A stretch of 32,000 bases of DNA, from positions 1,470,001 to 1,502,000 of the forward strand of contig NZ_CP007536.1 in NCBI RefSeq assembly GCF_000698785.1, in the 5' to 3' direction. Of this stretch, positions 15,688 through 23,479 are shown in pieces; position 1 is the stretch's first letter, and the number at the start of each line of letters is the position of its first letter. Under the pieces are notes generated by a model. It searched no databases, was not told the origin of the DNA, and saw nothing but the letters and a program-made list of their open reading frames with translations. A program made the translations under genes and the position numbers. The DNA comes from Nitrososphaera viennensis EN76. GTDB lineage: Archaea > Thermoproteota > Nitrososphaeria > Nitrososphaerales > Nitrososphaeraceae.

Positions 15688-17055
15688 TTCATCACCCTTG
15701 CCTCCGTTTGGATTGGCATTCTTACATAAAACTTTTATGCAAAAGTCGCATTTGCGGAAGAACTGGTACGACTCTCCATTTTGTGCCATTCCTTTCAACC
15801 AATCCGGCAGGTATTCGCGCAACTGCAAGACAAACCGCGAAAGCAGGTAATTCCTGTCCACGCTCCTTTTTGCCAGCAGGCTGCGGACTGCTGCCAGATA
15901 GTGGGTCCAGATGACGGTATTTCCTTTCTTTTCGATGAGGATTTCCAGAGCGTGTGGTGGGATTTCGCCTTCTTCAATTCCAGAGAACATCTCCCTCATG
16001 TCCTCCATTGTTAGGTTTTCGTCGAGCATGACCTCCATCTTGGCCTGCGAGGTCAGGTAGCACAGGATTTTGAGACTGGACATATCTTCAAGCCTGTTGG
16101 TTTTGTCTAGATCCTTGTAGTTCCTCCACAGCTGGTAGTATATCCCGTTCTTGGTATTTTTGAAGCGATGGCCGGGCTTGGCAATGTCTGTAAACATCCA
16201 CTGCAGCCCGGAAATGCGGAACGCGTCTGCCGCGTTGATGTTGACCGACCGGTGCGAGCCTGCACCAATAGCTAGGTTGCGATAAAAACTTTCGCCGTCG
16301 GTGCAGTTTATCGAAAAGGCAGGGTCGTCGTACGAAAGGAACTTGGCCGTTATCGTGGTTTCTTTTGCATAGCCCTTTGCTTTGTTGCCAAAAGAGTCGA
16401 TAAAGCTTGTTCCTACGTCCTCCTCATCGGCAGAACGGTATTCCACCTCGACATCTTTTGGGAGGACTATTAACGAAAAAGAGATTTTCTTGTTCTGTAT
16501 TTCATCGACTTTCCAGTGCGACCGGACATGCTTGAAGAACACTTTGCAGATGCTCGTAAAGAGTACAGACTTGAACTTGCCGTCTTTTGTCAGTACCTTG
16601 GATCGCACGTATTCGTCATAGAGGTTCTTGCCCGAAACAAAATACCTCTCTTTGTCTATCTTCAACTGGACGCTATTCTTGGCTGCAATCCTTTCCTTCT
16701 TGGTGTTTAGGTCCAGCTCCCCGACAAACGATGCAGTCCCCTTACCTATCGTAAGGGAGATTGTTGGACCAGATTTGTTATTCAAGAATTGACCGTACAG
16801 TTCAACATAGGGCGGCGGAGAGTTTGGGCTGTTTGCCCGGAATTTGAGGCCAAGGCCGGCCGCCGTATTGGCAGGCATAGAGAAGAGCTCTTGGAATGAC
16901 TTGTAATCTTCAAGCGTGTCGCTATATTGATCCAGAGCCTTTTTGTCTAGGGCAGGACGCGTCCCGCGCATTATCACCTTCTTGACCGGTTTGGGAGTCC
17001 TTACATACTCCCCCTTGAAATCCTTGTTTTTCAGGTACAGTTCAAAAGCCAGCAA
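15346..17055 (-). CDS. cas8b: Cas8b-like large subunit (assigned mainly by position and size)
   Basis: 569-aa first gene of the operon, directly upstream of cas7-cas5. I recognise no strong motif. The track start is TTG 17055, and the first in-frame ATG is at 16971. Confidence 0.65.
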   Translation of the reverse strand: MLAFELYLKNKDFKGEYVRTPKPVKKVIMRGTRPALDKKALDQYSDTLEDYKSFQELFSMPANTAAGLGLKFRANSPNSPPPYVELYGQFLNNKSGPTISLTIGKGTASFVGELDLNTKKERIAAKNSVQLKIDKERYFVSGKNLYDEYVRSKVLTKDGKFKSVLFTSICKVFFKHVRSHWKVDEIQNKKISFSLIVLPKDVEVEYRSADEEDVGTSFIDSFGNKAKGYAKETTITAKFLSYDDPAFSINCTDGESFYRNLAIGAGSHRSVNINAADAFRISGLQWMFTDIAKPGHRFKNTKNGIYYQLWRNYKDLDKTNRLEDMSSLKILCYLTSQAKMEVMLDENLTMEDMREMFSGIEEGEIPPHALEILIEKKGNTVIWTHYLAAVRSLLAKRSVDRNYLLSRFVLQLREYLPDWLKGMAQNGESYQFFRKCDFCIKVLCKNANPNGGKGDEMNSDEQYAHSVGIIAAEYIKFKEDVKESSNSLRDILAYSRYDREKLRFVMQRIGLGLSLSKAPGEKVKRLESFISSNQPSVEISDNSAYNDYSYFFYKGYFSKGAAGKKEERA

Positions 17056-17078
17056 TTGTCTGGGGTTAACAGGCCATT

Positions 17079-17106
17079 GAATTAAACATTTTCATATAAC
17101 ATTTTC
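17079..17106 (-). promoter_or_regulatory. cas operon promoter region with a tandem GAAAATGTT module and two TATA-like boxes
   Basis: The minus strand reads GAAAATGTTATATGAAAATGTTTAATTC. GAAAATGTT occurs twice with a 13-nt period (+ strand AACATTTTC at 17085-17093 and 17098-17106). TTTAATTC is centred about 27 nt upstream of TTG 17055. Confidence 0.4.
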
Positions 17107-17134
17107 AGAGAAGGTTGAGCTATACCACGTTTGC

Positions 17135-17143
17135 CTAGGTTTC
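17135..17143. repeat. right copy of the 9-nt direct repeat CTAGGTTTC flanking the CRISPR-Cas module
   Basis: Read directly at 17135-17143. It comprises the reverse-strand TAG stop plus the last two codons of the KH-domain gene. It is identical to 5490-5498. Confidence 0.6.
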
Positions 17144-17749
17144 TTTTTCTTCCATTATTTCGCTTTCTTCCACGTCGCGCTTGTCGTCTTCCCACAGGCG
17201 CATCCTGTCCATCTTGTCGCGCCTTCTTGCCTCCTGCAGCATGTTGTAGACGCTCTTGTGCATGCTTCCCCGGCACAGCATGTCTATTGCGTCCGTCGCA
17301 AGCCTGACCTCGTGGTACGTGCCTATCAGGCTCACTGTGTGGCCGTAAACGGACATGGACGCTCCGCTCAGCTCCTCTATCGTGCGCCTTGACTTGCCGC
17401 CCTCGCCGATTATCCTGCCCTTGACGCGCTCTAGCGCGCTTGGCGACCTGCCGGTGTAGTCGCGCAGGTCTATTTGCTGGAACAGCATCTCCTCCTCTTC
17501 CAAAAGGCGCATGGCGCGCTGGGGCGAAAAGCCCCGCGAGATAGCAGAGATTATCTCGACTGCCTTGAACATCTCTATCTGCTCCACGGGCTTGTTTTCC
17601 CCGGTCGTTATCACGGCGTCGCCGGACTCGCTGTCAACCTCGATTGCGACCCCGCATCTTTTCTCGATGTCCTGCTTTACCCTTCCGCCCTTGCCTATCA
17701 GGACGGCTATCCTTTCCCTTGGAAGCTTGACGTTGTGCTGGAAGCTCAT
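17135..17749 (-). CDS. two-KH-domain RNA-binding protein (archaeal Dim2/Pno1-like)
   Basis: 204 aa with two GxxG KH loops (LIGKGGRVKQDIE and IIGEGGKSRRTIE). It lies immediately downstream of rio1, as is common in archaea. Confidence 0.85.
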   Translation of the reverse strand: MSFQHNVKLPRERIAVLIGKGGRVKQDIEKRCGVAIEVDSESGDAVITTGENKPVEQIEMFKAVEIISAISRGFSPQRAMRLLEEEEMLFQQIDLRDYTGRSPSALERVKGRIIGEGGKSRRTIEELSGASMSVYGHTVSLIGTYHEVRLATDAIDMLCRGSMHKSVYNMLQEARRRDKMDRMRLWEDDKRDVEESEIMEEKET

Positions 17750-17759
17750 ATCTCTTGTT

Positions 17760-18617
17760 TTATCCCGCTGTCATTATCCTGTCCATGAGGTGCGTGGTGT
17801 CAATGACGTCTATGCCCCGCTTGATGAAGAACCTGTTTACGTTCTGCACGTCGCGGACTAAAAACTGTTTTGAATTTGGGTGCTTGACGTCGACTGCCGA
17901 GCCAAAGTCAAGCAGGATTATCTCGCCTTTTGGGTTCTTGAATATGTTGTACTCTGACAGGTCGGCGTGCACGAGGCCGGCCTTTTGGTACAGTATTTGC
18001 AGCTGCTCCACCACTTCAGCATAGTCGGCTTCTGTTACGCTTTCAAGGTTTGCCAGCGGGGTCGCGACGTTTCCCTCGCTGTCGCCGATGAACTCCATGA
18101 CAAGGACGTTCTTTTCAACCGCTATTGGCGCCGGCACGCGGACGCCGGCCTTGTGCGCCTGCTGCAGGTTCTTGAACTCTTTTCTTGCCCACGCGGAGAT
18201 AAAGTTGCGGGTGCCTCCCTTGATCTCTGAAAAGCGCGGGTCGCCGGCGATGTACTGCATCCTCTTCTTGAACTCGGAGCTCACCGTCAGGTATATCTTC
18301 ACCGCAAGGGGCGAGCCGTCGGGCGCCTCTCCAATGAACACCTTGGCCTCCTTGCCGGAGGCAAAGTGGCTCTGCACCGATTTCAGTATGCCGTCGTTTA
18401 CCATTTTCGTGATGACCATCATGGTGGGCATGTCAAACACCTCCTCCACCACCTGGTAGTCCTCCGACTTTTTTTGCAAAAAGCGGTTTTCCCGCTCGTG
18501 GCGCGCATAGCGCCTGTCGGCCCGCGCGACGGCCTTTGGCTCTTTATGTTGTTCTTGTTCTTGCTGCTGTTGTTGCTGCTGTTTCTCTTCTTCCGGCTCT
18601 ACGTCGTCTTTGCCCAT
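17760..18617 (-). CDS. rio1: RIO-type serine/threonine kinase (Rio1-like)
   Basis: 285 aa. It has SGKEAKVF (nucleotide loop), AVKIY, VHADLSEYN (catalytic loop) and LLDFGSAV. There is no N-terminal winged helix, so it is Rio1 rather than Rio2. The N-terminus has a Q/E-rich low-complexity tract. Confidence 0.9.
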   Translation of the reverse strand: MGKDDVEPEEEKQQQQQQQEQEQHKEPKAVARADRRYARHERENRFLQKKSEDYQVVEEVFDMPTMMVITKMVNDGILKSVQSHFASGKEAKVFIGEAPDGSPLAVKIYLTVSSEFKKRMQYIAGDPRFSEIKGGTRNFISAWARKEFKNLQQAHKAGVRVPAPIAVEKNVLVMEFIGDSEGNVATPLANLESVTEADYAEVVEQLQILYQKAGLVHADLSEYNIFKNPKGEIILLDFGSAVDVKHPNSKQFLVRDVQNVNRFFIKRGIDVIDTTHLMDRIMTAG

Positions 18618-18622
18618 CTAGG

Positions 18623-18925
18623 TCACTTTTGCTGGAACTTGAATATCATCAAGAATGGGACGCCGGATATGCGCTTGACGCTTGCCTCCTTTGCCATCTT
18701 CATCGAAAGCGCCTGGCCAACGATCTTGTCGCCTACCAGGTTTGCAATCGCGCACTTCTTCAAGAGCTCGCCGGCCTGCTGCGGCTCTATCACGTCCTGC
18801 TTGAAGTACGACTCGGTCAGGTCGATGGCAAGGCCGTCCTGCTCCAGCTTGCTCCCTATCAACTCAAGGTCGCAGATGTCTATCATGAGAGACCCCTGGT
18901 ACTGGGTGGTCCGGGCAGCGTACAA
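18623..18925 (-). CDS. DUF424-family small protein
   Basis: 100 aa. ICDLELIGSKLEQDGLAIDL..SYF...ANLVGDKIV.....RISGVPFLMIF resembles the DUF424 pattern from memory. Start is TTG 18925, with an alternative ATG at 18886. The stop lies 5 nt before the rio1 start. Confidence 0.65.
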   Translation of the reverse strand: MYAARTTQYQGSLMIDICDLELIGSKLEQDGLAIDLTESYFKQDVIEPQQAGELLKKCAIANLVGDKIVGQALSMKMAKEASVKRISGVPFLMIFKFQQK

Positions 18926-18976
18926 CTGATCTAGCTTCTACAGACAGTGTAATGAGTATTGCTGTATCTTTTACTG

Positions 18977-19828
18977 CTAGCCGTACGTCTCTACCTTGAT
19001 GTCAAACGAGCCGTCCTTGCGCTTGTGCCTGTTGCTGACAAACCCTAGCGGTTGCAGTATCGAGATCACGCTGTCAATGGTGCCCGAGTAGCCGCAGATG
19101 TGAAAAAACGAGTTTTCCGGCGTGACTTTGCCGCCAAGCGCCCTTTCAAGCTCGGACAGGCGATCACCACCACCATTGCCATTACTATCCTTTGGCACCA
19201 GAAGCGACTCCACCCTGCCGGTGTGGCCGGTCCATCCCTCCGAGCCGGGATCGTTTGGCCTGCTCACCGTCGGCAAGTAGACAAAATTGCCGTTGCTTTC
19301 CTTTGCGAGCCGTTCAAACAGGTCCCGGTAGCCAAGCTCCTTTGCGTTGCGAGCGCCGTGCAACAGCGCTATCCTGCGCCGGGAGCCTGTCGCCTTTAGG
19401 TGCAGGGCATAGCCCACAAACGGCGCAAGTCCGGTCCCGGAGGCGACCAGAACAAGCGTCCTTTCGTCAGGCGTGCCGTCTACCCTCTTGTCTTCTATGG
19501 TAAAGGCGCCGGCGGGCTTGCGCCAGTAAAGCTCGTCGCCCTCTTTCATGTTGAAAAGGGCGGTGGTGAACTTGCCGGGCACCGGCTCTTGCGCCCACTT
19601 TATGTACAGCTCAAAGTAGCGCTTTTCCTCCGGGGGCGAGGAAAGCGAGTAGGCGCGGTTTGTTATCTTGTCGCCCTCGCCGTCCAGCTTTAGCCCGAGG
19701 GTGACGAACTGGCCGGGCTTGAAGTCGGGCACCGGGCTCCCGTCTGACGGCTGGATGCGGATTATCGCAAGGTCAGGGGTAAGGTCTTTCCTGTAGACAA
19801 GTTTTCCAAGGTTGGGCTGCGCGCTCAT
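18977..19828 (-). CDS. ferredoxin-NADP(+) reductase-like FAD/NAD(P)-binding oxidoreductase
   Basis: 283 aa. It has the RAYSLSS (RxYS FAD motif), ASGTGLAPF (NAD(P) motif) and the C-terminal FHICGYSG. Confidence 0.85.
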   Translation of the reverse strand: MSAQPNLGKLVYRKDLTPDLAIIRIQPSDGSPVPDFKPGQFVTLGLKLDGEGDKITNRAYSLSSPPEEKRYFELYIKWAQEPVPGKFTTALFNMKEGDELYWRKPAGAFTIEDKRVDGTPDERTLVLVASGTGLAPFVGYALHLKATGSRRRIALLHGARNAKELGYRDLFERLAKESNGNFVYLPTVSRPNDPGSEGWTGHTGRVESLLVPKDSNGNGGGDRLSELERALGGKVTPENSFFHICGYSGTIDSVISILQPLGFVSNRHKRKDGSFDIKVETYG

Positions 19829-19906
19829 GTGTGTGTACCTGTACTCGAGAGTTTACGGTATATTTTGATATGCTTTTTATTTGGAGCCCTTTCGGTATAG
19901 ATCGTC

Positions 19907-20437
19907 TTGGCAAGCGCAAAGGGCATAGCGATAACGGCCATAATCGCAGGCGGCATAATCGGTGCCAGCCTGCTCGTCTGGTTCCTGCCGCAGCAGGGCG
20001 GCATGCCCACGGGCACCAACATCACCGACAGGGAAGGCGCCGCGGCCGACGCCGCCAACCTGCCTGCTGACAACCTGTCATTTGTCTACACGCAGCACAA
20101 TTTTGCCGCGACGGAAGTTGAAAACTCGTTTGACAAGTGGACCAAGGGCGAGGTCACTGCCAACGACATGAATTCTGCGATAAGCAAGGCAAGGTCGGAC
20201 CTTGACGCGCTGAAAAAGCGCGTAGACACACCCGGCGTGCCGCAAGAGTGGCAGGAAAGCTACGGCCTTTACTCGCAGGCCCTTGGCAAGTTCGGCAGCT
20301 ACCTTGACGAGATGAAGAGACTAGTCGACAGCGACAACAAGAGCGGAGATCATGCAACGCTTGACTCTATCAAGGCCGAGATGAACGACTTGATAGACCG
20401 CTCGATAAAGGCTTTCCCGACTACTGCTGCTACCTGA
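19907..20437 (+). CDS. hypothetical membrane-anchored or secreted helical protein
   Basis: 176 aa with a TTG start. A TTTTTATTT element is centred about 27 nt upstream. It has an N-terminal hydrophobic helix (IAITAIIAGGIIGASLLVWFL). I recognise no family. Confidence 0.5.
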   Translation: MASAKGIAITAIIAGGIIGASLLVWFLPQQGGMPTGTNITDREGAAADAANLPADNLSFVYTQHNFAATEVENSFDKWTKGEVTANDMNSAISKARSDLDALKKRVDTPGVPQEWQESYGLYSQALGKFGSYLDEMKRLVDSDNKSGDHATLDSIKAEMNDLIDRSIKAFPTTAAT

Positions 20438-21572
20438 GCACGTCGATTATCCGGTCCAGCCTTGCATCTGTTTTAAAGGCGCCAAAATTGAGCGAAGTCT
20501 TTGACGCTTTATAGCCGGCAGCGCGCAGCTTTTCGATTATCTTTGGTATCGAATGCGGGTTTGTCCTCAATTTTGAAGAGATCTCGTCTGCCTTGAAGTA
20601 ATAGGGCACGTCGTCGATCTCGTCAAGGGCCGCATCAAGGACCTTTTTGCTTTTCTCGTCTTTGCCTGCTTGCTCTTTCATTTTTGCGACAAACCCCTTT
20701 TCGTGCAGGGGCCCCGTCCACAGCTGGCCTCCAACCCGGAGCTTTTTCTGGCACAGCTCGCACCTGGCGTTCCCGTCGTACTCGGCAGTTGCAAGCCGGT
20801 GGCCGCAGTTGAAGCAGTGCATCACGTGGCCGATGCTTGCATAGACGTCATTTGCCTCGCTAGAGCTGACCGATACCTGCGCGTACACCCGCAGGTAGTG
20901 CATCGTGGCGTGCGAAAACACCGGCTTTATCGCGAGCTCCAGCCTTGAAGCGGTGAGCGCTATCAGCGACGTGAGCAGGCGCAGCGCGGTCTCGTTGCCG
21001 TAGCTGTTGTTCAGCGGCCGGCCGTAGTAGCGGCGCAGGCACACTTCTGGATAGACGCCGCAGAGGACAGCCGTGTCCGTCGCGGTTATCGAGACCAGGC
21101 CGTCGTCAAGCGCGGCGCGAAGAACGCAGTCGACGTGGCGGGCGGGCGTCCCAAACGGGTCGAGGTCGACTATTCCAAAGCGCTCCTCGCTGTCGTTTCC
21201 CTTCATCAGAAACTTGCAGACTTCATTGACAGAGAAGCGGCATTTTCCAGAGACGCCGTTGAGTTCTGCAGATTTTCTGGCAGCTTCAATCGCTGTCGGG
21301 TTGGCGTCGTTTGCAAACACCTGCTCTATCTCCGGCACCTCCACTGCCACCCGCAAGGCCCGGGCGCCAATCCCGGTAAAGCCGTCTGCAAGCGTCTTTT
21401 CCTTCTTCAGCCGGGGAGCAAAGGCGCGGTACGCAAGTATTGAAAGGTCGCGGCTCTGCTTTGCCGCAGGGTTGAAAAAGGCAGGGACCTTGGGCGGCAC
21501 CCTTTCCGTCAGGGACAGTGCTGGCACTAGCAGTCTTGTCTTGCACTCCACCGTCTCGACAAAGCCGTCCAT
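20430..21572 (-). CDS. trm1: tRNA (guanine(26)-N2)-dimethyltransferase Trm1
   Basis: It has FFNPAAKQSRDLS, a SAM-binding region (DGFTGIGARALR) and a Cys cluster (CFNCGHR...CELCQKK). The track ORF runs to 21698. ATG 21572 (MDGFVETVECKTRLLVP) fits a minus-strand AATAATAAAT box about 30 nt upstream, and ATG 21590 is an alternative. Confidence 0.9.
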   Translation of the reverse strand: MDGFVETVECKTRLLVPALSLTERVPPKVPAFFNPAAKQSRDLSILAYRAFAPRLKKEKTLADGFTGIGARALRVAVEVPEIEQVFANDANPTAIEAARKSAELNGVSGKCRFSVNEVCKFLMKGNDSEERFGIVDLDPFGTPARHVDCVLRAALDDGLVSITATDTAVLCGVYPEVCLRRYYGRPLNNSYGNETALRLLTSLIALTASRLELAIKPVFSHATMHYLRVYAQVSVSSSEANDVYASIGHVMHCFNCGHRLATAEYDGNARCELCQKKLRVGGQLWTGPLHEKGFVAKMKEQAGKDEKSKKVLDAALDEIDDVPYYFKADEISSKLRTNPHSIPKIIEKLRAAGYKASKTSLNFGAFKTDARLDRIIDVLR

Positions 21573-21755
21573 GCAAGAGGGCTGTTTCATGCGATATTTA
21601 TTATTGTAAGCGCAGGCACTGTCATGACTGTTCGTCGGACGCCAGATCACTTCAATATCGATGTGGTCGATGATACAAGCTACCAGCAGCAACACCATCC
21701 ATCACACATTTTATTATACCCGGCTGCTGAATTAAACTGCAGAGAGTGAAGTAAA

Positions 21756-23345
21756 TTGCAAGGACAGGACGAGGTAAATAACGTTGATGACTCGCTGCTT
21801 TTGCAGTTTGAGCAAGAGGTCCAGAGCAAGGTTCCTCACCTGAGAGAGGAACCTGGCGCGGGCAAGGCAGCGGCAATAATAATCAACGCAACTCCGCTTG
21901 TTGACATCACCAAAGACCTGAAGGAATGCGCAAAAAATGTGTTCGGCCTGGACCTTGCCGACAAAGCCCTGCGAGTTTTCGGCAAGTTCGATTCGGACTT
22001 GCTGGCAGGCTCAATAAAAGTAAGGCCGGCAGTACAGATAATCCATGACGCCATCGCTACCGGGAAGCTCAAGCGCGGGCAGACGATATTTGAAGCGACT
22101 TCGGGCAACTTTGGAATTGCTCTGGGGCAGATCTCCAAGCTGGGCATAGATGTTGTTGCCCTTGTCTCTCGGAAGCTCCAGGAAGGAGTGTTCGACGAGC
22201 TGAGAAACGAAAAAACACGCATCATCAATCTCGACATGGACATCTGCCCTGCCCCGGGAATGAAGGGAAACGCGAACCTCATGGCCGCCAGGGCGACAGC
22301 CTCAAACGTTCGCGCACAGCTCACTGAATTGGGGTTTGACCCTGCAATTTTCGACAAGTCGCGCTCTGAGGTAGAAGCGATTCTAGCGAGCCAGGACATA
22401 ATAAACCTGGCAAAGCTGCTTGCAAGGATCTACGGCGGCTTCTGCCCAGAACAGTACGACAACGAGCTGAACATTGAAGCGCACAGAACCGTGACGGCTG
22501 CAGAGCTGGACCAGCAACTGCGTGAACAAGGAAATGCGCTGTCAGAGTCCAGAATTGTCTGCACGTTTGGCACAGGCGGCACCTCCGGCGGTCTGAGCAG
22601 GTACATGATGGAGAAATACGGCAAAAAGTCCGTGCACGTAGTCTTTCCACTCGGCGACCAGGATGTTGCGGGAATAAGGACAAAAGGCAAGGCAGCGGGC
22701 CTAAAGTTTTACGAGCCTGACAGGTATGCAGGACAGCACGAAGTGGATTTCAGGCAGGCAAAACGCCTGCTAAAGTTTTTTGTGGACAAAGGGTACGACA
22801 TGGGGGAAAGCAGTGCCCTCGCGCTTTACGCCGTGATACAGATGGCGAACTTTGGCATGGGCGGCAGCAACTTTGTCGTGATGATCGCAGACGGGATCCA
22901 AAAGTACAGAAAAAGCCTTGAAGCGATGGCGGGTGAAGAGAAACAACAAAGGAGCTTGCAGGTTCCCCTGCAGGAAGCTGTCTCGAACATCGGAAATTAT
23001 GACAGGGTTGTCTGGATTCATACAATGTATACCCCGCGCAAAGAAGGAATAGAGCTCATCGCAAAATCGCTGGGCGTCGATGAAAGCAAGATCTTTGTTC
23101 CGACGGCCAGGGAGGTGGAGCAATTATTGGCAACCCAGCAGGTGCCCAAGGAGATGGAAAAATCGCTGGGTGGTGCTAATGCAAAGCCGCTGCTCGTCTG
23201 CATGATGGGAAATACGTCTCTCAGGGTAGCTGAAGTGCTTGCACAGAAGGGCATTGTAGCTGAAAGTTTGAATGGCGGGATATCCGCCCTTTCTGCAGGA
23301 AAAGGCAAGCAGATACCTGAATTGGTGCGAATGGCTACCGAATAA
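21756..23345 (+). CDS. PLP-dependent cysteine-synthase-fold enzyme fused to a C-terminal rhodanese domain
   Basis: 529 aa with a TTG start. It has the PLP-lysine motif AGSIKVRPA, ATSGNFG and the phosphate loop GTGGTSGG. The C-terminal ~110 aa carry a rhodanese active-site loop, CMMGNTS, which resembles the GlpE-type CxxGxxS loop. Confidence 0.8.
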   Translation: MQGQDEVNNVDDSLLLQFEQEVQSKVPHLREEPGAGKAAAIIINATPLVDITKDLKECAKNVFGLDLADKALRVFGKFDSDLLAGSIKVRPAVQIIHDAIATGKLKRGQTIFEATSGNFGIALGQISKLGIDVVALVSRKLQEGVFDELRNEKTRIINLDMDICPAPGMKGNANLMAARATASNVRAQLTELGFDPAIFDKSRSEVEAILASQDIINLAKLLARIYGGFCPEQYDNELNIEAHRTVTAAELDQQLREQGNALSESRIVCTFGTGGTSGGLSRYMMEKYGKKSVHVVFPLGDQDVAGIRTKGKAAGLKFYEPDRYAGQHEVDFRQAKRLLKFFVDKGYDMGESSALALYAVIQMANFGMGGSNFVVMIADGIQKYRKSLEAMAGEEKQQRSLQVPLQEAVSNIGNYDRVVWIHTMYTPRKEGIELIAKSLGVDESKIFVPTAREVEQLLATQQVPKEMEKSLGGANAKPLLVCMMGNTSLRVAEVLAQKGIVAESLNGGISALSAGKGKQIPELVRMATE

Positions 23346-23479
23346 AGGACGCTGTTCAATGATCGGGTCATCGCTAGCGATGGATATTGAGCACGATTTA
23401 TTCTCGAATGCCCCCAAGATCGAACAGAGCCCAAGCGCAAAAGGGATAATAGCTACCTCCCAAATCACATAGACAGCTT

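Noticed and set aside
23359-23472. A small ORF (MIGSSLAMDIEHDLFSNAPKIEQSPSAKGIIATSQIT) lies in the gap between the PLP-fusion gene and rnhB.
   Set aside because: It is only about 37 aa from its ATG. The track version starts inside the upstream gene. It has no motif and no promoter-like context, so it is most likely just intergenic sequence.
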